NCBI GenBank assembly: GCA_963768055.1
Contig: CAVYGN010000002.1
Location: forward strand, 64,001-128,000
Reading direction: 5' to 3'
From: an uncultured Spirochaetota bacterium
GTDB lineage: Bacteria > Spirochaetota > Brevinematia > Brevinematales > JAOACQ01
Length of the DNA: 64,000 nucleotides
In this document: positions 9,124 through 18,418 of the stretch, in pieces
How positions within the stretch are numbered: position 1 is the stretch's first letter
How the letters are laid out: every line of letters starts with the position of its first letter
The notes under the pieces: model-generated
The model's input: the letters and a program-made list of their open reading frames with translations, nothing else
Database searches by the model: none
Told to the model about the DNA's origin: nothing
Translations under genes and position numbers: made by a program

Positions 9124-11103
9124 CTACACGTTCCTCGACCTGGAAACACCCTTTATTTTTTCTTCCATCTCTTTAGCTTTCTCATATGGAGTAATCTTGA
9201 TCAGCCCTCCCTCCCTGTAAAAAGTAACAAACTTATATTCTGATTTTATTACAAGAGCTTCGTTCCTTATCTTGATCCTTACCCCCGGATAAACCGTTTT
9301 CGAACCCGAAATCCTGGCGTCTTTGGCGATACCCTCAAGATAATCGGCTAACTGTTTGACCCTGTCATCGATGCCTGATAATTCCTGCTTCATCTGGTTG
9401 TTTTTAACGGTAAGCTGATTGAACAGTTCCTGTTTTTCCGGCGGCAGAGGTCCGGTCGAAAGCATCATAGTCAGATTATTCAGCTGGAGGCTTATTTCCG
9501 GTAATTCTTTCTGGATAATTTCCTTCCTTTTATGCATATCTTCTATCTTGTTTTCCCCTTCAATGTCTATTCCCGCCTCAAGGACCGTTTCGGTATAAGC
9601 TTCCGCTCCAAGGAATTTCGCATTGATCTCAAAAAAGGCGGTTACCTTGCCTCCGGCGATCTGGGAGCGCTTGCCGCCGGCGCAGATGACTTTTTTCTTG
9701 CAGTAAATATTCGAATGCAGTATCGTTTCAGTCACGACCACATAACCTTCCGCCCTTACATTAGCCCGTTCGATGAATTTCGCATAAAGGTCCCCTGCGC
9801 AGACTATCTTGGCGACATCCTTTCCCTGGACGCCCTGGCGTACGACAATATTTCCTTCTGCCACCACATCCGCTTTGCCGATGTTACCCTTTATCTCGAC
9901 ATTCGCTCCCGAATAAACCTTGAATGTATCGTTAACATTTCCGTATATTATGACATTACCGGGAAAGTTAATATCGCCCGAAGTGAGGTCTACATCCCCG
10001 TTAATCTCCAGAATGGGCTCTACCTGTACCTTGTTGTTCTTGAATATTACCTGGCCGTTTATATCCGAAATGATCTGAAATCCATCGGGTGAAAGATGGG
10101 TGTTCGGACCCGAAGACATTTTAATGTCTTTTCCGTCCCTTGCCGGAATGATCCTTCCGGTAATGGTTTTTCCGGCCCTTCCCTTTTCCGGAGGTAATCT
10201 TGAAGCCAGGACCTGGCCTACGACTACGCTCTGAACATTATCCAGTTTATGGAAATCGACATTGCCGTCGTCCGAAACTTCAAATTTGACCGCTTCATTA
10301 TCGATCTTGAAATTATATTTTATCTGAGAATCCCTGCCTTCTACCGGCATTTCGCCCTCAGCTACGATTACAGGCATATTGTACAGCTCGTTTTCAACGG
10401 CGTTTACTATAGCGTCTTTTTTTATCCCTACCTGAACGTTCTTCGATCTGAGGGAGGATATGACCTCGTCTACATCTACAATTCTCCCGAATTTTTCCGG
10501 TTTGGTCATGGTCAGATAGGCCTTCATCTCATCCGGGGATATCTGGAGCTGGAAATGACTATCGAATTGAGAGGGGGTATAATCGCCTATCCTTACAGGT
10601 TTCTTTTTCGGGTGATCGGCTTCCCTCTTTACTGCATCCTCGTCATATTTCGTTATTTCATGATTCTGTAAATATCTGATAATTTCAGTTAATTCAACCT
10701 TCTTTCCCTTCCCCAGAGGGGCGTCAATTTCAAGGAAGATACCCTGGTTTGTAATCCTGACCTTAAAGCAACCGTCGCGATTTTTCTGTAATTCCTCTTC
10801 CCGCATCTCCTCTTTGAAGGTCTCATAAGCAAGAGGTTCCATACTTTTTTCCCTCTCGGCAATATAAACAAGGTACTTGTCGGGTTTCCTTCCCAAACCC
10901 ATCATCCCGCCGGTCCCTCTCTCAAGAACCTGGTATTGAAGATTGACTAAATTTTCATTCAAAGCCTTCGCGGCGCTTTTTAAGGCTTCTTCCGCAGAAT
11001 ACGCGTAAACCTCGATTTCCCGTTCCTGATATGATTCTTCCGATGCTTTGGAAATCCCTTCCTTTTCCTGGTCTTCTCCCAGTAAATCTTTCAACCTATC
11101 CAT
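9124..11103 (-). CDS. FapA/DUF342 family protein with N-terminal Jag_N-like domain
   Basis: N-terminal SAEEALKSAAKAL...YQVLERGTGGMMGLGRKP (Jag_N-like); DUF342 motifs VAEGEMPVEGRD, DGNVDFH and GDVDLTSGDINFPGNV. Confidence 0.88.
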   Translation of the reverse strand: MDRLKDLLGEDQEKEGISKASEESYQEREIEVYAYSAEEALKSAAKALNENLVNLQYQVLERGTGGMMGLGRKPDKYLVYIAEREKSMEPLAYETFKEEMREEELQKNRDGCFKVRITNQGIFLEIDAPLGKGKKVELTEIIRYLQNHEITKYDEDAVKREADHPKKKPVRIGDYTPSQFDSHFQLQISPDEMKAYLTMTKPEKFGRIVDVDEVISSLRSKNVQVGIKKDAIVNAVENELYNMPVIVAEGEMPVEGRDSQIKYNFKIDNEAVKFEVSDDGNVDFHKLDNVQSVVVGQVLASRLPPEKGRAGKTITGRIIPARDGKDIKMSSGPNTHLSPDGFQIISDINGQVIFKNNKVQVEPILEINGDVDLTSGDINFPGNVIIYGNVNDTFKVYSGANVEIKGNIGKADVVAEGNIVVRQGVQGKDVAKIVCAGDLYAKFIERANVRAEGYVVVTETILHSNIYCKKKVICAGGKRSQIAGGKVTAFFEINAKFLGAEAYTETVLEAGIDIEGENKIEDMHKRKEIIQKELPEISLQLNNLTMMLSTGPLPPEKQELFNQLTVKNNQMKQELSGIDDRVKQLADYLEGIAKDARISGSKTVYPGVRIKIRNEALVIKSEYKFVTFYREGGLIKITPYEKAKEMEEKIKGVSRSRNV

Positions 11104-11116
11104 ATATTACCTGCCC

Positions 11117-12463
11117 TTATTTGGGGTTCCTCCTCATAAAAGCGGGGGGTATGTTGATCTCCGACCTGTACTTAGCTACAGTCCTTCTGGATAATTGCAA
11201 TCCCTTTTTTTTGAATATCTGAACTATCCTGTCGTCACTCAAGGGATCGTCCTTGTCTTCAGCCTCGATGAAAGTCTTTAATATCTCCTTCACGCTTTTT
11301 GAGGAAGTTTCCTGGTTTCCTACATTGGATGAAAAAAAACTTTTCAGAGCGATCATCCCTTTGTTCGTCTGAATATACTTATCGCGCACTACCCTGCTGA
11401 CGGTTGATTCATGTATATCTAATTCATCGGCAATATCCTTTAATTTTAAAGGAATTTGGTATTGATACCCTTTTAAAAAATAATCTTTCTGCTTTTCCAT
11501 TATTTTTAAAATTACCTTGAAAATAATCTCTTTGCGCGACCGGAGATTTTCAATAAGCATCTTGGCGCTGTCTATGTTTTCCCTTAAAAAGCTCTTTTCA
11601 TCCTTGGAAAGCGATATCCTCCTGCCCTTGAATTCCTCGCTGGTGTACAGGTCTATATACTGTTTATTAAGCCTGATCTCCGGTATGTAATCATCATTCA
11701 GAACGAGATGTATGCCGTTCTTATCGATGTTCACATATGCGTCAGGAACAATGTACTGGGAAAAACCGCTTGAAAAACCTGCGGCGGGGACCATATTGAG
11801 CTTGCTGATATTTGCGATCGTTTCCTCTATTACATCGAAGGAAACCCCAAGTTCTTTAGATAATTTTGTAAACAATTTCTTTTCAAGAAGATCCTTGTAT
11901 TCATGGAGAATCCTGTATTCGAGGCTTTTTACCCCGAATTTTTCCATAGCCTGGAACTCCAGGTATTCCCTGGAATCGAAACAAGCGACGCCGATGGGAT
12001 CGATATGCATAATTATATTTCTGACCCTTTCAAAATCCTCAGGTTTGATCTTTCCATTATCTAAGAATTCCTCAAGTGGAATAGGCCTCATCATTCCCTT
12101 ATTGTCAGCTTTTTGAAGGAGCCCGTTGTCATTAACGCTTGATAAGATTATTCCTGCTATGTTTTTTTCCTCATCGTTCAGAGAAAGTTCGTTTACCTGT
12201 TCCATCATGTATTTATAAAGGCTTTCGTCGAAAACCGATAAATTTTCAAGGTAAGCCTGGCTGTCAAAACCGGAATTTTTTGAACGGACCCTGCTCCTGT
12301 TGTAATCCGGTTTTTTCTTTTCAAGTTTTATTACGGGGTTGAGTTTCGCTTCCTCTTCAAGTTTTTCCTTGAGCTCCATACCAGGCATCATCACCAGTCC
12401 GAGGGTCTGTATCATTACGGGTGAAATGATCTGACGCTGCTCCTGGTTGATTTCCATCCTCAT
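11117..12463 (-). CDS. rpoN: RNA polymerase sigma-54 factor
   Basis: RpoN box SRRTVAKYR, HTH LKDIADELDIHESTVSR, DPIGV, and a Q-rich region I. Confidence 0.96.
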   Translation of the reverse strand: MRMEINQEQRQIISPVMIQTLGLVMMPGMELKEKLEEEAKLNPVIKLEKKKPDYNRSRVRSKNSGFDSQAYLENLSVFDESLYKYMMEQVNELSLNDEEKNIAGIILSSVNDNGLLQKADNKGMMRPIPLEEFLDNGKIKPEDFERVRNIIMHIDPIGVACFDSREYLEFQAMEKFGVKSLEYRILHEYKDLLEKKLFTKLSKELGVSFDVIEETIANISKLNMVPAAGFSSGFSQYIVPDAYVNIDKNGIHLVLNDDYIPEIRLNKQYIDLYTSEEFKGRRISLSKDEKSFLRENIDSAKMLIENLRSRKEIIFKVILKIMEKQKDYFLKGYQYQIPLKLKDIADELDIHESTVSRVVRDKYIQTNKGMIALKSFFSSNVGNQETSSKSVKEILKTFIEAEDKDDPLSDDRIVQIFKKKGLQLSRRTVAKYRSEINIPPAFMRRNPK

Positions 12464-12631
12464 ATTTATAAGGTTATCTCCTCTGCCGTTATTAAGGCTG
12501 TTCTAATAACTCAAGAATATTGCCCTTCCAGGACAAGCCCTTTACACAAACAGCTTAGTGTAAAACCTGTTATATTTGCCCTAGAAATTCATTCCATTCA
12601 TTTTTAAACCATTCGAAGAAAATGTCAAGGG

Positions 12632-12768
12632 TTCGACAGTCGACATCGGTAGTCAACAATCGAATGTCAATAGTATAATCAATACTCAATAGGTGAAAAC
12701 ATGACTGTAGACTGCCGACTAATGACTCCTGACCGGCTTTCGACTGCCGACCCCTGACTGTCGACTCG
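12632..12768. repeat. two facing arrays of degenerate heptamers (TCGACAG-type, then GACTGTC-type)
   Basis: tcgacag-tcgacat...tcaacaa-tcgaatg-tcaatag, followed by gactgta-gactgcc-gactaat-gactcct...gactgcc-gacccct-gactgtc. The units are reverse complements of each other. Confidence 0.6.
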
Positions 12769-12828
12769 TTAATAGACATTTTTTTTATAAAAATATATAA
12801 TAAATATCGTTTTGTTTCGGGGGATTGA

Positions 12829-14025
12829 ATGAAAGTGCTCGTTATCAATTGCGGCAGTTCGTCGCTTAAATACCAGCTTATAGCTACTGAAAATGAATTC
12901 GTCATAACAAAGGGAATTATTGAAAAGATCGGCTGCGGGCCTGAGTACACTTATACTTCGAAGCAGGGAGAAAAGATCAGAAAGACAGTCATTGCAGAAA
13001 ACCATACCGAGGCTGTGCGCGTCGTAATCGATAATCTTATAAGCCCGGAAAACGGTTTCATATCTTCCCTGAACGATATCGAAGCAATCGGCCACAGGGT
13101 TGTCCATGGAGGAGAGGAATTTTATTCGTCAGTCCTTATCACGGACCAGGTCCTGGAATCCGTTGAAAAATTCTCCGAACTGGCTCCTCTGCACAATCCC
13201 CCGAACATTCAAGGCATCCTTTCCTGCATGGAGGTCCTTCCTGGAACAAGGCAGGTCGCGGTCTTCGATACCGCGTTTCACCAGACAATGCCTGAAAGCT
13301 CTTATATTTATCCGCTTCCCTACGAATATTATGAAAAATACAGGATCAGGCGTTACGGCTTTCATGGAACATCGCACTCCTACACTTCGAAAAAAGCCGC
13401 GCTTTTCATGGGCATACCGCTGGAAAAATTCAACTGTATAACCTGCCATCTGGGTAACGGATCAAGCGTTACAGCGATCAGGAACGGTAAATCCGTTGAT
13501 ACATCGATGGGTTATACCCCTCTCGAAGGACTTCCCATGGGGACACGGTCCGGGTCTATCGATCCGGCAATAGCTTTTACCCTGATGCAGAGGGAAAATC
13601 TCTCAGCCATGCAGATCAATGATATCTACAACCGTAAAAGCGGGCTTTTAGGCATATCCGGGGTTTCGAATGACCTTCGGGATATTAACGAAGCCGCTTC
13701 GAAAGGGAACAAGCGGGCTGCTTTAGCCAAGGATATTCTCGTTAAAGGAATACGGAAATATATAGGCAGTTATATGGTTGAACTTGGAAGGGTGGACGCT
13801 ATAATATTCACTGCCGGGATAGGTGAAAACGAGGGTTACATAAGGGAACAATGCATGGAAAACCTCGAAGAATTCGGCATTAAGCTCGATAAGAGCCTTA
13901 ACGATTCAATAAGGGCTAAACTAGCCTATATTAACACCCCGGATTCCAGGATAAAAATCCTCATAGTCCCGACAAACGAGGAACTTATGATAGCTATTGA
14001 AACCGAGTCGGTTCTAAGAAAATAA
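12829..14025 (+). CDS. ackA: acetate kinase
   Basis: VINCGSSSLKY, GHRVVHGGE, LAPLHNP, YGFHGTSH, HLGNG, FTAGIGEN and TNEE motifs. Confidence 0.97.
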   Translation: MKVLVINCGSSSLKYQLIATENEFVITKGIIEKIGCGPEYTYTSKQGEKIRKTVIAENHTEAVRVVIDNLISPENGFISSLNDIEAIGHRVVHGGEEFYSSVLITDQVLESVEKFSELAPLHNPPNIQGILSCMEVLPGTRQVAVFDTAFHQTMPESSYIYPLPYEYYEKYRIRRYGFHGTSHSYTSKKAALFMGIPLEKFNCITCHLGNGSSVTAIRNGKSVDTSMGYTPLEGLPMGTRSGSIDPAIAFTLMQRENLSAMQINDIYNRKSGLLGISGVSNDLRDINEAASKGNKRAALAKDILVKGIRKYIGSYMVELGRVDAIIFTAGIGENEGYIREQCMENLEEFGIKLDKSLNDSIRAKLAYINTPDSRIKILIVPTNEELMIAIETESVLRK

Positions 14026-14158
14026 AGAAACGGTATTCCGCTAAGCCGCGCCAAGGCTGTAAACCCGGATTCGCAGGTAGATTTTCCATTACAATTTATT
14101 TTTTGATAATTCATTTATTCGCGTGTCTTGGCGGATAATCTCCGGTTGAGGTCTTAAC

Positions 14159-14842
14159 ATGAGTATACGGGATAACATAGACAGGGTCAGGGAAATCATC
14201 GAGAACAAAAAGAACAGCCTGGGCCTGCATTACGATATCTCCATCGTAGCTGTATCGAAAAACATGCCATCTTCATATATAATCGAAGCGGCGGCAGCCG
14301 GTATATCCCATATCGGGGAAAACCGCGTCCAGGAGGCCGAAAAAAAGTTCGCGCTTATCAAAGACCTTTCGATTACAAAACATATGGTGGGGCACCTGCA
14401 GGAAAATAAGGCCTTAAAGGCCGCGGTAATTTTCGACATGGTCCAGTCTATAGATAACCCTGACATAGCTGAAAAACTCGATAAAAAATGCGCCGGTCTT
14501 GGAAAAATCATGCCGGTCCTTATAGAGGTAAACACTTCCGGAGAAAAGTCTAAATTCGGCGTCAGACCGGAAGAAGCCGGAGATCTTGCAGCCGCAATTA
14601 CCGGGCTCGGTTCGCTAAAGCTTTCAGGGCTTATGACAATAGGCCCCCTGGGCGATGACCCGGCCGAAACAAGAAAGTCGTTCAGGACCCTATATTCTTT
14701 AAGGGAAAGTCTTGCCGTTTCAATAAAGGCCACGGAACTCCCATTCCTTTCAATGGGTATGAGCGGCGATTTCGAGATAGCTATTGAAGAAGGCTCGAAT
14801 ATGCTAAGACTCGGCCGCGTCATTTTCGGAGATAGGGTATAG
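14159..14842 (+). CDS. yggS: YggS/PLPBP pyridoxal-phosphate homeostasis protein
   Basis: VAVSK, GENRVQE, GHLQENK, GLMTI and LSMGMSGDFEIAIEEGS motifs. Confidence 0.95.
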   Translation: MSIRDNIDRVREIIENKKNSLGLHYDISIVAVSKNMPSSYIIEAAAAGISHIGENRVQEAEKKFALIKDLSITKHMVGHLQENKALKAAVIFDMVQSIDNPDIAEKLDKKCAGLGKIMPVLIEVNTSGEKSKFGVRPEEAGDLAAAITGLGSLKLSGLMTIGPLGDDPAETRKSFRTLYSLRESLAVSIKATELPFLSMGMSGDFEIAIEEGSNMLRLGRVIFGDRV

Positions 14843-15018
14843 GAACCACAGATTACGCAGATGGCACAGATAACTTTATGGCTGGCAGGAAAAGGAACGG
14901 ATTTGGTGGCGTTTTTCCGGATGGGAAATCGGTCATTTGAATGCTTGGAGTGTTATTATTTAATATGGATTTCACAGAAATTAATCCGTGAAATCTGTGA
15001 AATCAGTGGTTCCGATCC
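14842..15018. repeat. inverted-repeat element with 9-bp-period arms (copy 1)
   Basis: Left arm GGAACCACAGATTACGCAGATGGCACAGAT; right arm ATCCGTGAAATCTGTGAAATCAGTGGTTCC, an imperfect reverse complement of the left arm. Confidence 0.75.
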
Positions 15019-15022
15019 TTAA

Positions 15023-16297
15023 TCAATCCTTCCGCCTGAGGATATTATAGTTTTCAAGCTCGACATCGTCTTCCCATGTCAGGGTGAACTCATCGCCGGC
15101 ACGGACTCTTTCAATCGGTTTTCCATCCTTCTCAAAGAAATATTTCATTATAATTTTATCAGGAAACTGTTTTCCGATGATATCAAGAGGACCACCCTGA
15201 TCGATGCGGTTCATGGCTTTAACAACGGCCTTTTTAGGCCCGCCCTTTCCAGGACTTTCCTTTTCAAGCACATGACCCAGGTATGTGAATTTTCTTATAT
15301 ATCCGCTGTCAGAAGTAGGGGCGAGGGCTTCGTTTTCATTAAAATAAAACCCGGTGGAATATTCCCTATGGCTCACATTCTCCAGCTCTGAGAGGACCCC
15401 GCGATCCGGGGTTTTGCCTTCTGCCATTGCGTCGATGCAGTGCCTGTAAACCCTGGTTACGTCAGAAACATAATAAATGCTCTTCATCCTTCCTTCGATT
15501 TTAAAAGCGTCAATACCAGCTTCCCTTAACCTGTCAAGGCGGGCCGAGAGGTTCAAATCGCGGGAACTTAAGATCGCCGTGCCTGCCGCCGCACTTTCCT
15601 CGACAGGTAATAGCGAGTTTTTTCTCGTAGATTCCACAAGAAAATACTGCCACCTGCAAGATTGCGAGCAGTCCCCCAGATTGGCGTCGCGGGTTTTCTC
15701 TTTTTTCATGGAGGAAGGCTTTTCACCCGGTTTATAAATAGACCGGTTTGTAAGATAATTGGAAACCAGGCACCGGCCGGAATAGGAAATGCACATCGCC
15801 CCATGGACGAACGCCTCGAGCTCGATACCAACGCTATCCCTTATTCTTTTTATCTCCCCGATCCCGAGTTCCCTCGCGAGAATAATTCTCTTTACGCCCA
15901 GTCTTTCATAAAAAAGAGCGCTTTCACTATTCGTCGTATTTGCCTGAGTGCTGATATGAACCGGAATTTCAGAGTATTTGTCCCTTACGTATGAGACCGC
16001 TCCAATATCTGATATGACTAACCCGTCGAGGGCTACATCCCGGATTTCCGATAAAAATTCTTTGAACTGCCTCATCTGGGCGTCGTGAAAAAATATATTC
16101 GCTGCCAGGTATATCTTTTTACCGATCGAGTGAGCGTATTTGACGCCGGTGCTTAATTCTTCAGGCGTGAAATTTGCAGCCCCTTCACGGAGTGAAAATG
16201 ATTTTGCGCCGAGGTATGCGGCGTCCGCACCGTATTCAAAAGCGAATTTGAGCTTTTCAGGACTCCCGGCAGGAGAAACTAGTTCGATGGGTTTCAT
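15023..16297 (-). CDS. peptidase U32 family protein (TrhP/YegQ-like tRNA hydroxylation)
   Basis: ELVSPAG, GADAAYLG, HISTQAN, FVHGAMCISYSGRCLVS, GDCSQSCRW and FKIEGRMKS motifs. Confidence 0.92.
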   Translation of the reverse strand: MKPIELVSPAGSPEKLKFAFEYGADAAYLGAKSFSLREGAANFTPEELSTGVKYAHSIGKKIYLAANIFFHDAQMRQFKEFLSEIRDVALDGLVISDIGAVSYVRDKYSEIPVHISTQANTTNSESALFYERLGVKRIILARELGIGEIKRIRDSVGIELEAFVHGAMCISYSGRCLVSNYLTNRSIYKPGEKPSSMKKEKTRDANLGDCSQSCRWQYFLVESTRKNSLLPVEESAAAGTAILSSRDLNLSARLDRLREAGIDAFKIEGRMKSIYYVSDVTRVYRHCIDAMAEGKTPDRGVLSELENVSHREYSTGFYFNENEALAPTSDSGYIRKFTYLGHVLEKESPGKGGPKKAVVKAMNRIDQGGPLDIIGKQFPDKIIMKYFFEKDGKPIERVRAGDEFTLTWEDDVELENYNILRRKD

Positions 16298-16354
16298 ATA
16301 AGTAATTATACCATATTTTCAATATTTACGTGCAAATTTATTCTATTTTTGCTT

Positions 16355-16778
16355 TTAAAAGGCGAATCCGATATCAAGACCTGATGTGAACAGCATGCTC
16401 TCCTGGAAAGCGCCGCACGAGTTTGAAGAGCCCGTCTGAACCAGACCGCCTGCCGTTATTACATAGAGAAATCCCCCCTTGAGGCAGAGAAAAATATTTT
16501 CCGTAAAATATATCGACAAGTCGATTCGTGCGATCCCGCATAGGCCCGCACTGTAACCCTTGAATTGTAAACTCCTGAGTAAGTGATCATCGGTGTCTGA
16601 ACAGTAAACAGGGGAAATACCGGCTCCCTATCTCGTAAAGGGTAAACCCGTACATCCATTCCCCGCCGGTCTCTATATTAAACGAATTTATGTTTTCGTC
16701 ATCCGAGCTGAATCCGGCTGCCGGGGAAGCAGCAAACAGAGTGATTATTAATAATACTGAAAATAACAGCAATTTCAT
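16355..16778 (-). pseudogene. frameshifted (possibly internally deleted) outer-membrane beta-barrel-like gene
   Basis: A signal-peptide ORF (MKLLLFSVLLIITLFAA...) stops at 16587. A +1 frame from about 16629 reads GAGISPVYC...IYFTENIFLCLKGGFLY...SGLDIGFAF* and ends at 16355. The span of 424 nt is 3n+1. Confidence 0.6.
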
Positions 16779-16947
16779 TGATCATTCCTGCAGCTTCATT
16801 GGTAAGCTGTTATTTTATAACTAACAAAGCAAATAATCAAATAAGATTGTCAAGTTCGATATATCAAAATTGATAAAACCAGGGTCCAGGTCTTAAATTG
16901 ATTTTAACCAATTCTTTTACCCGCATCAATTAGCATGTTATTCACAT

Positions 16948-16963
16948 TGGCATATAATTTGCT
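16948..16963 (+). promoter_or_regulatory. sigma-54 (-24/-12) promoter
   Basis: TGGCAT-ATAAT-TTGCT with exact GG-N10-GC spacing, 30 nt upstream of the ATG at 16993 (AGGAGG RBS). Confidence 0.75.
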
Positions 16964-16992
16964 AATATAAATTATAATCAAAGGAGGCTTTT

Positions 16993-17625
16993 ATGAAGAA
17001 AATATTTATTTTAATAGGGCTGATAACTGCTGCCGCAGCGGCCTATGCGGATGAAGAGGTTACAAATTATTCTTCTTTCCAACCTTCAACGGTTTTCGAC
17101 ACGAGTACGGTATTAGGCTTCTACGGCAGCCCGATTTTGCAGGGTTCATATATAGGCGGAAATTACTATTACGGGGGGGGCGTCGAGGGAGGCTTGATAA
17201 TTAACCACTGGCTTGTAATCGGTATCGAAGGAAAAGGATTTGCAAAGCCTATCGTATCGCCGTCAGGTAATGATATCGTATACGGCTGGGGAGGGCTTAT
17301 GCTGGGTTTTATTGTTATGCCCGAAGAATTAGTCCATCCTTATATAAAAGCCGTGATCGGGGGCGGGAGCATCGCCGAGTTTTCGGGAAACTGGTATAAT
17401 CAGGGTAATTATTCGGGATCCAGCGAAACTAATTTGCTTCAATCGGCAAATTTCTTTTCAATGGAAGGCGAACTTGGCATAGAGATCAATGTAATCAAAT
17501 GGATGAGAATCGATATATACGGCGGTTATCATTACATCTACGGGCCTTTGGCCTTCGACGGCTTGACCGATAAAGACTTCATAAGTTATGACGTGGGTGT
17601 GAAATTCGAATTCGGAAGATTCTAG
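16993..17625 (+). CDS. small outer-membrane beta-barrel protein
   Basis: Signal peptide (AAAAYA), Gly/aromatic-rich amphipathic strands, and C-terminal YDVGVKFEFGRF ending in Phe. Confidence 0.75.
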   Translation: MKKIFILIGLITAAAAAYADEEVTNYSSFQPSTVFDTSTVLGFYGSPILQGSYIGGNYYYGGGVEGGLIINHWLVIGIEGKGFAKPIVSPSGNDIVYGWGGLMLGFIVMPEELVHPYIKAVIGGGSIAEFSGNWYNQGNYSGSSETNLLQSANFFSMEGELGIEINVIKWMRIDIYGGYHYIYGPLAFDGLTDKDFISYDVGVKFEFGRF

Positions 17626-17841
17626 GAATCAACTGCAGAGGAAATATATGAAATTACACGTTGACATAATGAAACAGAGGATTTTTGAGGAAAAATTCAA
17701 CTGTCATTTCTTCCAGCTATTCGGTAACAATAATAAAAATTATATAGATAAGAACGGCTCCTATCCTGCGGCGCCGATTCAGCAGACACAATATGCTGAC
17801 GGCGCCGGCAGAAGCCGGTTATAACCAAAGCCTACCGCATT

Positions 17842-18270
17842 TCAGGCCGGTATGCCTAGGTTTGTTTCTTTGCAGGCGTCTGTTATAACACCGGTTTCTC
17901 CGGTTATCGCTCTTTTCCATTCGGCTAATTTATTTATCAAGCGGCAGCTTATCATGTTGTAAGGGCTTGCTATATCTTTTATGATACCTTCCGCGTCCTC
18001 TTTTCTGTTCGACCTGACAAGGTCGATGATTTCTTTAACTTTCAAATGGAATTCCGAATGCATATTTTTAACTTGTTTATAGAATTCATTTGATTTATCT
18101 TCTTCGCTCAATGTATCGCCGTAAAGCCATTTCCCGAATTTGCAATTGTTATCGGTGCCCGCCTTCTCAGGATCTATATCTGAATCCTTGCCGTTTATCA
18201 GGTCCCTGAGCCTCTGCTTCCAGGAGCCATGGGCAATTATCGCGGCATTTATTTCATCCTTGTTTACCAT
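17842..18270 (-). CDS. stand-alone CZB (chemoreceptor zinc-binding) domain protein
   Basis: AHGSWK...NCKFGKWLY...HSEFH, the 3His/1Cys signature. Confidence 0.88.
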   Translation of the reverse strand: MVNKDEINAAIIAHGSWKQRLRDLINGKDSDIDPEKAGTDNNCKFGKWLYGDTLSEEDKSNEFYKQVKNMHSEFHLKVKEIIDLVRSNRKEDAEGIIKDIASPYNMISCRLINKLAEWKRAITGETGVITDACKETNLGIPA

Positions 18271-18369
18271 AAAACACCCCCATGATCTTAATTATTTAAT
18301 ATATTTAATATATATATTTAATATTAATATATTTTCCCATTTAATCAATACTCCATGATTTTCGTAAAT

Positions 18370-18398
18370 TTGACATCGTTTTTTCAAGATTCTATAAT
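18370..18398 (+). promoter_or_regulatory. sigma-70 promoter for hypAB
   Basis: TTGACA-N17-TATAAT, a perfect consensus match. Confidence 0.8.
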
Positions 18399-18418
18399 TA
18401 CCGGTATGGCAGTCAATC

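Noticed and set aside
12632..12768. Possible CRISPR array
   Set aside because: Units are degenerate 7-mers without unique spacers, and no cas genes are in the window.
12570..13107. ORFs 12570..12950 and 12769..13107 (-)
   Set aside because: Antisense to ackA and running into repeat DNA; no recognisable motifs.
17173..17180. G8 tract in the OMP gene (also G7 at 1348, G8 at 31488, T9 near 60235) as phase-variation sites
   Set aside because: The tracts are short, in frame, and explained by Gly or Phe codons; there is no evidence of length variation.
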